DNA of 64,000 nt from the human T2T-CHM13v2.0 reference genome, Homo sapiens. The notes under the pieces are model-generated. The model was given only the letters and a program-made list of their open reading frames with translations, had not been told where the DNA came from and did not search any database. Location of the stretch: NCBI RefSeq assembly GCF_009914755.1, contig NC_060927.1; one strand, given 5' to 3'. The position numbers and the translations under genes are program-made. Positions 19,775 through 39,740 of this stretch are shown here, piece by piece; position 1 is the first letter of the stretch, and every line of letters starts with the position of its first letter.

Positions 19775-20450
19775 TTTATGCATTTATTATAATTTCCAAG
19801 ACATATTGTGAAATGAAATAAGCAAGATTAGTTGTGTATATATAGTATGCTAACGTTTATATACAAAAGGGGTGGGGAAAGAGTATGTGTGTGTATATTT
19901 ACTTGACAATGCTTAGGTTGTCTTTGGAGATTTAAATAAGATATTGCTGAGCTTCTTTGCTTCCAGAGAGAACCACAAGGTACTGAGCACAGAAAAGGGA
20001 AGATTTTACTGGATACCTTCTGTGAACTTTTGAGTTTTGAGCAGTATAACTGTAATGCCAAATAGAGAATAAACAAAATTAGAGTAAAAAACATACATAT
20101 AAGAGTTAAGTGATTACTCCAGAATTTTTAAAAAGCATGAGCAAAAGCCTAAAGGAGGTCATAAAGATAAGGACAGAAATTATACCCTAGATAGCAAATG
20201 AAAATAAGAACAATGTGGCAAGACTCAATCAAATTTGAAATGCACATACCCTAGGATTCAGCATTTATTCTTTTTTAGGTGGAGAATCACTTGCAGACAT
20301 GTGCAAAAGGTTTGCTGGGTTATTGTTTGCAGGAGCAAAATAATGGAAACAAAGTCTATATTCACCGAATAGTAGAGTATAAATCAAGTGTGGTGGATGG
20401 GTGGATGTATATAATGAAAAACTACACAGTAGAGAAAAAAGAATATAGAG

Positions 20451-20667
20451 CAGGGATTGGCAAACCAAGTGTCAGAGGCCAAATCTTTCTCCCTGTTTTT
20501 ATAGATAAAAGTTATCGTTAACACAATTACTCATATTCTTTTGTATATGTTTTATTGTTGCATTCCCACTATATCAGCAGAGTTGAGTGGTTGCAACAGA
20601 GACTGTGGCCAACAGAGCCTAAAATCTTCACAATCAGTCCTTTAAACAAAAAGTTTGCCAACCCCTG
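20451..20667. mobile_element. MER58A (hAT-Charlie MITE)
   Basis: Terminal inverted repeats cagggattggcaaac ... gtttgccaacccctg, ~217 bp long; internal gcagagttgagtggttgcaacagagact...gcctaaaat. Confidence 0.85.
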
Positions 20668-22177
20668 GTCTAGGACAATGTTTTCTAACCCAACATTGCC
20701 TTTTCCATAACAAATATTTTATAATGCCTTCTTATTCTCTACCTAGTCATCTTAAAAATAAAATTGATACAATTTTATATATCTCTGATACTGTAATATC
20801 AGAGACAACATAAAAGAAATCATTTATAATAATTTCTTGTGTATTTCAATTCATAAGGGCTGTAGCGTTAGGATACTAAAATGCATAATGAGATAAATAC
20901 TTGCAGTTAGTTATAATGAACAAACTTGGATTTACAATAATTCCATTGAGGAAGTACAGGCAAATTAAAAGAGTAGAGGTACAAGTGGACATAGAATAAG
21001 AACTAGTATTATGATGAGTATTCATTTAAGCAGACATTAATATATGACAACAGAAATTGGGAAATAGCTAACTCAGGTAAGGATAGCATGCTAAGACAAA
21101 TTTCAGTCTATGAAAATAGAAAAAATGAGGAAACTGAGTCTTCTGGCAAATTTGTTGGCCCTTATCCCTATATGTAGTATTCTAACAATTCCTGTGCTCA
21201 GACCTGGAGTGAGATAGTGATGAAATCAAAATAAATAAATAATAACAGGAGAAACATTTGAGTGGGGAAAAACAACAAGAAAAAGAAGTCATGAAATTAA
21301 GTTTTCCTAATGGTTTTTCAATAGAATCATGGATTTTTTTCTCTCATGTATTTCTTCATTATTTAAAATAAAGGAGATCCCACATTTTTCTGCCCAAACA
21401 GTTGAAAGTCTTGTGGAGTAAAGGGCTATCACATTGGGTAGATTATCCTGTCCAGGCCAGAACATCTCACGTCCTTGCCCACTACACACCAGTAATGTTC
21501 CCAATCATTATAACTCAAAATACTCCATACATATTTGGCATTTATATTCAATGCTGTATTTTGAGGTTATTTCCTACATCCACTTGAGTAGTTCTAGTTT
21601 GCCGATTCTCAGAGGAGCAATACCAACCATGGGAGATACTTTAGAAACACATGGGTTTGACTTTAACTCACCAATCGGCATTACTATTATTTGGTATAGC
21701 ATTTGTGCTTGTAATACCAATTTACATATTTGCAAATGGAGTAAAAATTAAACAAATGAGCAGAATTCCCATTGGTGCAGCATTTCTTATAAGCATATAT
21801 ACACATTTTCATTGTTTGTAATTATTTTTTCTCCTTTTGCTTAAAATGCTTTATTAACCAATACTTCTATTAACTTACAAATACCCAAATTTTTCTATCT
21901 CAGAATCTTTATTTCTGAACATCATTTAATTTTTAGTATTAACTTTAGTGACATAATTAGGGCAGGTATATATTTGTATACATAAGGAGAAAGGGAGGGA
22001 AAGTAAGAAGTTGATACAAGATCTGGTTAATTACTGACGAAGCTAGAGCTAAAACCCTGAATGTTTCATTTGTAAATGGGCAAAGAAGTAGCATTATTGT
22101 GAGAATTTGGTGAGGTAATTATATCAAGAAATCAGCTCACTCACTGTTCAATCAATAATGATGATTATTGTCGATAA

Positions 22178-22707
22178 TGTAGGGGAGGAAAATCTTCCTT
22201 CTATCTTCTTAGATTCTGTGGCTGAGAATTAAACTAATGTAAGACAGACTAACAGGGCAAAAAAGCATACAAATTTTATTAAATATTTTTCCATACACAC
22301 AGGAGTCTTCATAAAGAAAATAAAAATCCAAATAAGCTGTTAGGCCCCAAAGCTTAAATAGCTTTTTTAAAAATGTGTTAAACATTGTGAGGATGTGACA
22401 AGACAGGGGAAGTAAATTGTGGGGCAGTGACTAGGAAATATATGGGGGAAATTAATGGAGGATGAGTTGTTTTAGTAGATTGGTTTGTCCAGATTCATCT
22501 CAGCTTCAACTCCCAGTCTTCAGTGATAAGAATGTTCTTTTCTTTCTGATATGGGGAAAGCACCTGTCTCATGGGAAATTTTATGATTTGCATTTAGAAG
22601 AGGGTCAGGGAAACTTTCCTGCACCTGCTGTTTCTCAAATACCTTCAGCTATAAATAATCAATATAACAAAGCAGCGTATCTTGAGGTGGCATGTTCAAG
22701 GTCATCA
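22178..22707 (-). mobile_element. ERV1-class solo LTR (MER34/MER67-like)
   Basis: Starts TGtaggggagg, has a minus-strand poly-A signal (aaattttattaa), and ends ...cttcagctataaataatcaatataacaaagcagcgtatcttgaggtggcatgttc, typical of MER4-group LTRs. Confidence 0.6.
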
Positions 22708-22726
22708 AGCCTGTATTTCCTCAGTA

Positions 22727-23030
22727 TTTGTTTTTGTTTTTGTTTGTTGTTTGTTTGTTTGAGACAAGGTCTCACTCTGTCATGCAGGCTGGAGTGCAGT
22801 GGCACAATCACAGCTCACTGCAGCCTCAATCTCCCAGGGTGATGCTCCTACCTCAGCCTCCCAAGTAGCTGGGATTACAGGCATGTGCCATCACGCCTGG
22901 CTAATTTTGTTGTTTTTTTGTAGATGGGGTTTCCCCATTTTGCCTAGGCTAGTTTCCTGAGCTCAAGTGATCCTCCCCCCTTAGCCTCCCAAAGTGCCAG
23001 GATTACAGGCATGAGCCACTGTGCCCAGCC
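22727..23030 (-). mobile_element. AluJ
   Basis: (TTTG)n tail, gagacaaggtctcactctg...cacagctcactgcagcctc...ctcaagtgatcctcccccc...gagccactgtgcccagcc. Confidence 0.9.
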
Positions 23031-25659
23031 TCCTTGGTTTGTTTTAATATCTACTGTTTTTAGAAAATTAGCATCCTTTGAAACATACTTAATAATCCAG
23101 CTAATCTTGGGACTAAGATACACCAGAACATTGCACAACTCAAAGCTTTCAGGAACACAAGTGTCTGAGGATTCATTTACTACTTAAAGGAGCGGAGGCT
23201 TTTTCAGGTACTTATGCAGACTTGGCTCAGCATCTTTCTGAAAAGCCAAGAGAAGGTCTCTTAAAGACCATCATCTTGTATCTACCTGTCAGGCATCCTT
23301 TATCTGCAGTACTCTAGGGACTGACATGCATTGAATGATGTCAAACAACATTAGAAGTAATCATTCCAGTTATCTTCTCTCTTCCAATCTTCCATCAGCA
23401 CTTCTAAGAACAAGGAAAAGAGCTGATCAGCATTTCAGCTCCCCCTCCTTTTTTCCTGAACAGCTCTGAAGAGGCCTGAAAGGCACAACTGGGACTTCCA
23501 GTAACACAGTCTAGAAGCAAGTCATTAGCTAAAGGCTTAATCACCAGCTTGAGTATTCAAGAGGTCTCTTAACAACAGCTTCATAATTTTGCTGGATCTG
23601 AGTTCAATATTTAGTATCATTTACAAATACATACTTGCTTCAAAAAACTTTTCTCCAAATCTCCTCTTTATTGTGCATAACCTATATAATCTCCGTTTCG
23701 TGTTAAATGGAACTAAGGGGTAGTGCTCTTGTACCATTGAACTCTACTCATATCAATGCTTGTTACACTAGTAGCCCCCAAAAAGGTACTTTAATTCTAG
23801 GATTCTTGGATGTCTTTTTCTATCAGGGTAAATACACAAACATCAGTGGGCCCTGAAAGGGTATGGACTTTTTAATGTTATTTCATTGTATAAGCAAATC
23901 CCAATTTATAGTATAGTCATTTTCCTGAAAACTGCAAAGATGTCATTTCCTCCTTAGGTAAAATGGCTAAAATTAAAGATACTGACTTGGATACTGAAGG
24001 CAAAGACATCTAATAATAAATAAAGTTGAAGTTTTATGATGAGGAGAAAATTAAATTAAATTTTACCCCTGAATTGCTTGGACATTCTGGTATACCCTGA
24101 CTACATAGTTAAGCTTTGATTAGTTAACATCCATTCGTCTCTTAGTGTTTGGCTCCCTCTCTCCCTTCCTCTCTTCCTCTTTAAATCTCATTTTTCCTCC
24201 TCCCCTACTACTAACATAGTCAGATTCTCCCACCTATTCCTAGTACACCTTTTAGATATAAGGTGGCAATGGAGGTCCGTATACCCATATACCCCCACGT
24301 CTTCATGCCCACGCCTCCACAACACAAAGCCTTAAGCGTGTTGAGGAGACTCCTTCCAGTTATTCTGTTTAGCCATTCACGCTAATCTAGGATTGAGTAA
24401 TAGGGTCTCTCACTAACAATGACTCAATACGGCATTCATGGCTCGGATTTGACCTTTGTCCCACAAAGCTATTTATAATGCAGCTATGAGAATATTTACA
24501 GTGTCTGTATGCCAAGATAATATATTTGGAACATTTATTAAATGGAATGTATTATATTGAGCATTGATCTTTGACTAGAAATGAATCACTGCCGACTTGG
24601 TTACTGGCCAGCTATTTTTTGGTGAATAAATCTAAGCCTGCGTATATAGCAATAATTATACAAAAAACAGAAAACTACACTACCACTTCAGATTCCCAGT
24701 GAGGTGTAAGGTAGTAAGTGTCTTATCTCAAAAATGTAGGGATTTTACATGTCAGAATATCTTGGTGGGAAAAGACCGTGCATTGAAAAGTAAGGTACTG
24801 TTTTCATCATTCTTATTAAGAGCTCTCAAATTAGGTGACTTTAAAGTACCTACTTAAGCACTTAAGCAAAGATTAAAATTGCATTTGTTTTACAAATCAA
24901 CTGTCAGTTCACGTATTGCTTCATTAGGCTTTTCAGAATTCACTATGGGAAGATGAAACGCTATCATAAATTAACTATTGAACGGATACCCAGGATGTGT
25001 AACCACTACATTTTCCTTAACCATATGAAACTGCAGAGCAGACTATTTTTCATTTGATTGTTTCAAACATAGCAATGGATGTTTCCTTAGGCAAGATGTA
25101 ATAGGCTTATGTTTAATTATAAGAATTACTTTATTCACCATCACTTTCTATTAGACAGACTTACAGATTTTTGGAAATAATTCCACCATTCTTTACTGTA
25201 AGCAAAATCATACTCAAGGACAATGTTCTCGATAAACCTACAAATTACATTTTAAGGTATTTTCTTGTGATTTAATGTTCCTCTGTGCATATACTGTGCT
25301 AATTATCTAAACTTTAAAATAGAAGCAGTGGAGAAAAACAAATGTCTGTCAATTACAGCCATTCCAAAACAATGTCTGCTTCCATTTTAAATCTTTCTGT
25401 GTGTTGTTTTCTCTACTTGTTTTAATGTAGTTGTGCTGGTATTCTATGCAAACTTGGGGAATATTTTTTCTCATAACATTTTAATATAATTATTTCTCTG
25501 TGTTTTATAAATATTTATAAACATATTTAATATCTGCATAATATTCCATCATATAATGATTATTTAGTTTATATAACCGCATCTTAATTGTTACGCATTT
25601 AAGATGATTTTGATTTTTTGCCACTTAAATATAAAAATCGTAATGAACATCTCTATGAA

Positions 25660-26030
25660 AAATATATTTATTTACTAACTAAGCAAATACGTACTGAGTG
25701 CCTATCATTTGCCATGTACTGTTCTAGATGCTGGAGATAGGCCAGTGAAGCAAATAGACACAGGTTCTTGCCTTCATATGATTTACATCCTGATAGGAGA
25801 CAAACAGTAAACAAAACAATTAATTTAAATGGCATGCTTGATAGTGACAGGTTGCACGTAGAAAAATAAAGCAAAGAAGGGGGAAGGAATGGGCTGCAAT
25901 TTTAAATCAGTGGCCACGCAAAGTATAATTGAGAATATGACATTTAAATAATGACAGAAGAGAAATAAAGAAGCAATCAACTGTATCTCTTGATGAAGAA
26001 CATTCCAAGCAAAGGGGACAGCCAGATGCT
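25660..26030 (-). mobile_element. L2 LINE 3' fragment
   Basis: aaatacgtactgagtgcctatcatttgccatgtactgttctagatgctggagata...gaagaacattccaagcaaagggg is the reverse complement of the L2 3' end. Confidence 0.7.
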
Positions 26031-27458
26031 TTACTCCCACATTTGGAGTTCTTTTAAGAAGCAGTGGAATTATTGGGCCAAAGAATGTTAATATATACAG
26101 CTTATAACACATCTTTTTTTAAAAAAATTACATTATCCTTCGAGCATTTTTGGTCAGTGAAGCTCTAGTTGAAATGCCATTTGTCCATGCTAATATTTCC
26201 ATAGTAATAGCTACTGTGAAATATTATAGGTTGTATGCTGCTTTCTGAATTTTTTATACTAGTTAAAGTCGCTTAATTTGATGGAGTAATTCAGATACTA
26301 TAATATTCATATTGCATTATTGTTACTTATTCCTATTTTTTCCTTAGGTTTAATGCCACAAGGAAAATGAAGTTGTATTTGTCTGATGGATTCAAAACTT
26401 ATTTCACAGTGTACCTGAATGTTTAAATTTGAAATATTTGAGATGGCAAATATGAAGGAAAATTGTCTTAGCATGTGTCTGAGAATGATTCTGCCTTATG
26501 ACATATATTACTGTAAATAGACTATGAGAAGAGCATGTGCTCATAAAATATGAAATAGTGGTGCTTGTTTTGAACAAGGCAGGGATATTAAGAATGGAAT
26601 GTTACTAAATTTAGAAACCCAGGAGAAAATTGTGAGTTCTTGATTTAGAAACTTAATGTAATGAAAGGGTTTTTTTCCCTCTTACCAAACGAGTTCTGCT
26701 ATGTCATTCTCTCTTCTTTCCACTTTTCAAGTATGTTTTCTTAAAGTATAAAAAAATAAAATAAAATTCTACTCTCAAAATAGAAAAGGCATTATTCACA
26801 TGGTTTGTATTTTCCATCTCAGTCCATGGTGTTAGCATTTCCTATTGGAATAACCTCCTCTTCCCGTCACTCCAATAGTTTTAAGATCAGTAAATACATA
26901 AGTAATAAATGATAAAAACAAATATATATTGAATATAGTGAAAAGTTATTTAAATATTTTTAGATGACAGAAAACATTCTGGCTACCTGTGTGTGGATGT
27001 AAGTCTTTATGTAGTCAATGTATTAAATATTTGTTGAGGACCAAAATGATGTCACCCAAGAGAGCTGATGTGGCAATTACTTAGAAGCATAGAAGACCCT
27101 TCAGGGTCTTGACTCCTTATTTCTATCCTTTTCTCCATCACCACTTGCTCCTCCTTCTTGTGGCTCCAGCCATACTGACCATTTGCACTTCCTCAACTGT
27201 GTCATTCTTTTCACCTCGTTTCATGATCTTTGCACTTTCTACTCCCAGAAAATAAAAATGGCAAGACATCTCCTTAGTTCCTCTTTACGCAATTAAATTT
27301 TTCTTATCCTTGAAGTATCATCTGTGAACTCTCTGTAAAGCCTTCTTTATTCCTTGTTACCCCGATTACCATGAGTCTGGGTTAGGTTTCTATCATGCAC
27401 TATTTAACTTATTTCCTTCCTCCATTCTTTAACCCCGTATTATAATTGTGTACCCCCA

Positions 27459-27565
27459 CTCTCTCTCTCTCTCTATATATATATTTATATATATATCAGA
27501 AATATATATATCATAATATATATATATCAGAAATATATATATCATAATATATATATATCAGAAAT
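27459..27565. repeat. (CT)n(TA)n microsatellite evolving into a 31-bp tandem repeat (~2.5 copies)
   Basis: tcagaaat recurs at 27496, 27527 and 27558 (period 31). Confidence 0.9.
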
Positions 27566-29339
27566 AAACTTTGAGCTCTCAGAGAACATGGACCAGGCAA
27601 TACATTTATTTTTCAAATTCCACCAACAAATATAGTATTTAATAACATATTTAATATTTGCATAATATTCCATCATATAATGCATATGTAGCACTAAACA
27701 TATGTCTCCTTACCAGCATAGTTCAGATAAACAAAATATAACATGTAGCTCATTGAGTTGAACAACAGCCTTATTTCCAAAGGTTTGTTTGTTTCATGTG
27801 GCCTCACAGGTAACTGATTTTGTTTTTTAATTTTTAAACAGCACAGCCTACTTTAGAGTTGCTAATTCTTAACAAGTCATGTATAATTAAACAAAGAGCA
27901 GGTAACTTGGGAAATCCTACAGGTTTTGGCGCTGGGCCCAGACCCTTGCAAACACATCAAGGTCTTGTCAAGGACCCCTTTACTGTTGGCTTACAAGAGA
28001 GAGCATGGGATTAGCCCAGCAAATCTAAATGCTAGGTGTTAGGATATCATCCTTTCCTGGATAACAACCCTAAAAGGGAGACTTATGACCATACAGAGGA
28101 CCAAGGAGATGCTGCAGTCTCAACTCAACTAGACATACTGGCCACCAGGCAATTAAAAATCTTTCTTATCAAATAGCTAATAAAAATTATCTAATCATTG
28201 CTAAATACTTTAATTATATCAGGCCTGATATAAATCTGATGCCATGCTTTGGGTTATGAAAAGCATATTGAAGAAGTTGAAGACACTCTCCCTGTATTCA
28301 AGAAGCCCATACAATGATTAGGGAAATTTGTCTAAGCATGGAAAACTCTCAGTGAATAGTAAAAGAAGAGTGGAAACTTTGTTCAAGTTGTGTAGTATAA
28401 TTCCATAAGTGTAGGAAAGATATCTGTGGTGTATTTTGAAATTGATGTAGGGCTGGTCCATACTAGTCACTGAATTTGAAGGTATGATCAGAGAAGAGAA
28501 ATGGGTAAGAAAGTGTGATGAGAGACCATGAGTGCTGAGCACCTGGAATGAGGAGGAGCTTACCAAGGTGGCAACAAGAAAGCAGCTGTAGTTTTGATTA
28601 TTTACCCATTCATAATTATACCTAAGACTAGCCTTACTACAGACTAAAGGAAATTCATGGCTGGAGTGGAATGTTTCAAGAGACCGTCCTCAAATAAGGC
28701 CATTGAATAAAGATTATATACTTAGAAGCATGACTGAGCATAAACGTGCTAGATACCTAGTATCTGCAATATAATAGCTGGTCAGTAAATTTATGCTGCG
28801 TATTTGAAAGTTATTGTGTCTTGGAATTGACTGCAATAGTAAATAAGACCCTGATTCCCTTGGGCTGATCATATATTGGCCTAGATAAAACAGATGGTCT
28901 CGTCAAGAAAAATGTGAGATGCTGTCTAATTTTAAAAATTTATTTTACTTTATAGCCACAAAAATTCAAAATATTTAAAGTTTAGTTACTTATATTTTCT
29001 CATTTGAAACATATAAAAACTCTGAAAAGACTCCCTTCTGGTTTTTCTATCTCTTAATATTTGTAAGACTGACCTTTCCTACTATAGTATAATTAAGAGC
29101 CAAATTGCATGATAATATTCGTCTTAGTTTATGGATACAGAAACTAAAGCTCAAAGAGTTTAAATCACTTTGTTTTTTAAAGGAAATATGTTTGGAAATT
29201 AGGTATAAACATATTTTGAACAGTGGAGGTAACAGTATTTTTATATTTATTATTTCCCTTAATGGTTGTAACAAGGATACAGAAGAGTGTTCAGTCACTT
29301 GTAGACTGTAGCCTCTTGTTTGTCAAAGAGTGCTTGTTA

Positions 29340-30445
29340 GTCTTTATCTGACTAGACCTCTTTCCATATTTGATACTGGTGACCCCTCCTCTCTTCCTTG
29401 GCTTCCACTGTCTACTACTGTGTTCTCTTGATTTTCCTTCTCCTTGCTGGATGTTTCTACTCAGTCTCTTTCATGAGCTCCTGTCCCTTTTCCTGTATCC
29501 TAAATGATACTCCTCCCCTAAATATTAACCTTGATTCTCTCCTTTCTCTCCGCTGTATCACACACTCATCATGGGAGATTGTTTCGCCACCTAGCATTTC
29601 AATGTTGGTGGCCCCCAAAACAGTATCTTGAGCCTGATTCATTCACTAAATTTATGCAAGTGAATTCAGCTATCTATAGGATATCATTCCAATGAAACAT
29701 AGCTACTTAAAATACCACAGGTTGGAAATTGAACTCATCATTTTTTCCCACTAAACCACAACCTGTTTCCTTCCTGGATTTTCCCATATTTGTGAATGAT
29801 CTAGTAAGTCATAAGTTTAGGGCCCTTTACAGATTTCTGTCTCTTCCTCCATCCCTTGATAAAATCAAACTCGAAACCCTGTATGCTCCACCTCCTAACC
29901 ACCTATTTTTGCACTCTCCCTTATTATTCTTGACGCTGCTTCTTTAGTTTTGGTCACCATCAGCTCTGTCTAGACTACTACAATCCTTGACTAACTTCCT
30001 TCTCTACCTAGTCTTGGGATTTATTTACTATGCTATAAATAGGTTTTTGTTGCTGTTTTAATAAAGTGTATGCCTGATCATGTCATGTCTCTGCTTAAAT
30101 CCCTTCCATCACTTGCTACTCTTTAACTTTAAATAAATGCAGACTTGCTGCCTCCACCTTCTTCCTCTTTGCCTTGATAACTGTTATTAATCCTTTAGGA
30201 TATAGTTCGCTTGTTATCTCTCGCCTGCCTGCCTCAAGCTTCACCTCCCAAGTCTGTGTTAGCTGTTTTTTCTTGGCATTCCCATAACATTCATCTCATG
30301 ACTTTATAATTACCTATTTGCTTGTGTGTATCCTCTACTAAACTACAATTTCTTTTAATACAGAAACAGTTTTTGTACTCTCAGAATTCAGCTAAACATG
30401 TACATATCAGGTGCTTCATAAATACTGGTTGAGTAAATAGTTGAA
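29340..30445 (+). mobile_element. L2 LINE fragment
   Basis: Pyrimidine-rich L2 body (cttggcttccactg...tagactactacaatcc...tgatcatgtcatgtctctgcttaaatcccttcca) ending in a ggtgcttcataaatactggttgagtaaa-type 3' end. Confidence 0.7.
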
Positions 30446-30688
30446 GGGTAACCATTATTAGTTTCGTTTTAATTAAGTGAAAATTGGAACTTAAGAAAGG
30501 TAATTAACTTTCCATAGGACACACTGCTACTGAGTGAGAGAGCTGCATTAGGACACATTTTATTTTGTAAATGTTTTATTTTATATTTTATTTTAAAGCC
30601 AATATTCATCTCATGACATTTTATCATATATTATTACTAAGCTAAGATAATTTTAAAGAATAAAATACAAAGACTGTATACATATTTT

Positions 30689-36703
<6,015 letters not shown>

Positions 36704-38129
36704 CTGTATACATATTTTAAATTTACTAATGTATTGCCCACAGCCTGATTATTATTGTGGTTTCCATGGAAATCAGTAATTTTGGTGCTATTTCTTTGGA
36801 GGAAGCTTTGAACATTTTTATTTACATTGGATAATCCAAAAAGTGCAATGGGAAGTGTGAAGAGACTCAAAATACACTGGAGTGGAACAAAAGTTTGGGA
36901 TACTAAACAAGAAGCAACTCTCATTCCCCTTTTTGGGAGACCAATAGTGAACAAAGAGATGTCCAAAATTACTGACTTAAAAAAATATGAAGACATAAAA
37001 AGGTCATTCGATGGGTACACAGCAATGCTGTGCACAGGTAAGGCAGAGAATGAGATGGCACAACCATAAACATACATGGAAGAGGGTAGACAGAATGTCC
37101 TTTATTGTGTATAAGTTGTCAATAGAACAAATGTCTAGAATACAATGGGAATCTAGAATGTAAGTTGGATACATCTGCTATGCTAGGCAATGATGAATCC
37201 TGGAAGAAATAGCAGGGAGGTTAACAGCTGTAGCAGCCAACAAAAATATTGTTTTCAAAAAACTAAAATAAAAGATATTAGTGGCAAGGAGACAAATGAA
37301 AAGACGGTATTTTCTGTTAGTTGCTGAAACACATTTCTGCTGTACAGGATCCACATCAGGATCCATCTAGTGATTAACACACACTTTTTTAAGGTTCCTG
37401 ATCAGGGCATTGAGTGGATTTGTGCACATTTGTTGGAGAGGTGAGAACACATGGTCAATTTCAGGTAATCTGGATGTATTCTGAGATGATTAAGAGTCCA
37501 AGGGTGGTTATAGCCATTTAAATCAGACGTAGGGACAATTTCTTTTTATCCAATATATTTATGCTAAAGAATCATCTGGTTTTTCCTGAAGTTCAAAGTT
37601 CCACAGCTGTCCTATATTTTATTAGCTAAATCTGGCAAGTATACAGAGGTGACCTCAACGGATCATATTAATGCCTTGGTTTTAGCAAACAACACTAAGA
37701 GGTTCAATGCCCAGGAGGAGCTGCAAGAGTGGTATATATTGAGATGATGCTGATCAACATTTGACTGGGCATTGAAAAAGAAAAACTTATTTATGAGTGC
37801 TGCCATCCATGGTAGATGGTGGAGAACTGTGTGAATGCCTTGTTCATAATGATAAAAGGTCACATTTTGATTGGATTTTCAAGACCAACCATCAAAAGAC
37901 TATTCTCAAAAGGCTGAGAGCCATTAAAATGCTAAGTTAGTGGAAGGAAGAGAGCAGTGGTTTTTGCTTTGTTTGTTAGTGTTAATACGCTGTTTGAAGA
38001 AGTGCTCAACAATAATTCAGTGCATTATGGGATATGAAAATTTATTTCTCTTTATTTTATTTCTTACCTAATGTTCTGGGTAGTCTATTGAAGGCTAGTA
38101 GGGAGAGGTATATGTGTTGAGGGGAGTTG

Positions 38130-38445
38130 TGCGTGTTGGGGGCGGTTCTCTTAGATAATCATTTAGGGACTGAGACAGACAGTGGTTCTACCATCTTTAA
38201 TGGGTGGCTTGTAATGTCACTCTGTTTTTCTTCATTCCAGCCAGCAAAAGCGCGTGGAAAAGCAAATGTGCACAATTTTATGGGCAAACCATAAAATTTG
38301 TACATATCACTTTCATTAGAAGAGCTCAGTCATGTGACCATAATTAGTTGCAAAGATGGCTGGGAAATGTCATTCCAGCTACAATCCTATTGCTCTGGAG
38401 AAAGCAGAAGTGAATTTTGATGGTCAGTTATTTTTTGCCACTGTG
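38130..38445. mobile_element. MaLR (MLT1-type) LTR relic
   Basis: acatatcactttc...ctcagtcatgtgaccataattagttgcaaagatggctgggaaatgtcattccagct. Confidence 0.55.
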
Positions 38446-39434
38446 TTTTTCATTGTACAATAGAGTTGCATTACAGGACTTTTAGATAGAAGGAAAGGTA
38501 GACAAGGAAAGCAAGGGACTGTTTTAAGTATTAGAAGCAATTTTTCCCATCATTTTGACTCAAAGAAAATATGAAGTAAAATATGAGATAGGTGAGCACC
38601 CTCTGCCATGCTCTGTATTTGTTCTTCGTTTCTTTGTTTCTCCCACAGAGTGGGAATGTTATGATTTGAATGTGATTTTAGTATTTTAAGGAACATAACA
38701 ATATGACCACTGGATATAAGTCAATCACTTCATCTGTTATTTAACTGCAGGTACCACAATCTATTTTAACACTGAAGAAAAAGGTGATATATTGGATTTC
38801 ATGAGAAATGATATGTTATGATGATATACTTTATGGTGACAAGTTCTTTGGGGCACAGTTTTGACTCTACATGAATTATCCTTTACTCACAAACTTCAGA
38901 GCCTAATATCAACGTAAAAAATTCTCCTTGCAAAACAAATAAATATATGCTATTTCTTCACAGTCCCTAGAGTTTAGCTGTTGCATGTTTTAAATGTATT
39001 TCAAGTCTCATGCATCACAGACACCAAGACAGTTGTTCCCAAGTAGTGAGGTCTATAGGTACACAAGGGCAAGTAATTTACATGTTCATTAAAGGTACCA
39101 CATAAAAGTAAGAAGAAAAATAGCAGCTTTGGAGTGTGTATTTGATCAGATCAGGTACTATCTTGGGCAACTTTATTAAAATAATACAAATTAATCTTTA
39201 CTAATCACGGAGAAGTTATTTCGTAACAGATTGAAAATCTGAATTGACCATACACATGAAAAGCCTCATTACAGTTTAAATATACAAAGTACATGACCAG
39301 TGGCAATCCTTAAACAAATTAAGAGGAAGTTATGTTTGAATCTCTTGTATGGCAAGGGAGATATTCTTGCCTGTATTTAAATAAGTATTTAGCATAGCAT
39401 TAGTACTGACAAGCATTCAAATGCTAAATAAGAA

Positions 39435-39740
<306 letters not shown>

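Larger units (their letters stand above)
17860..20260 (+). mobile_element. Ancient L1M fragments (ORF1 end to ORF2 start), interrupted by a simple repeat and MER20
   Basis: aattagactgaagtcagatttctcagcaacagtagaggccaaaaggcaatgaacaatatc resembles the ORF1 IRLxxDFS...ARRQW region; downstream aatactaaccaaaagaaa resembles the ORF2 EN region. Confidence 0.55.
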
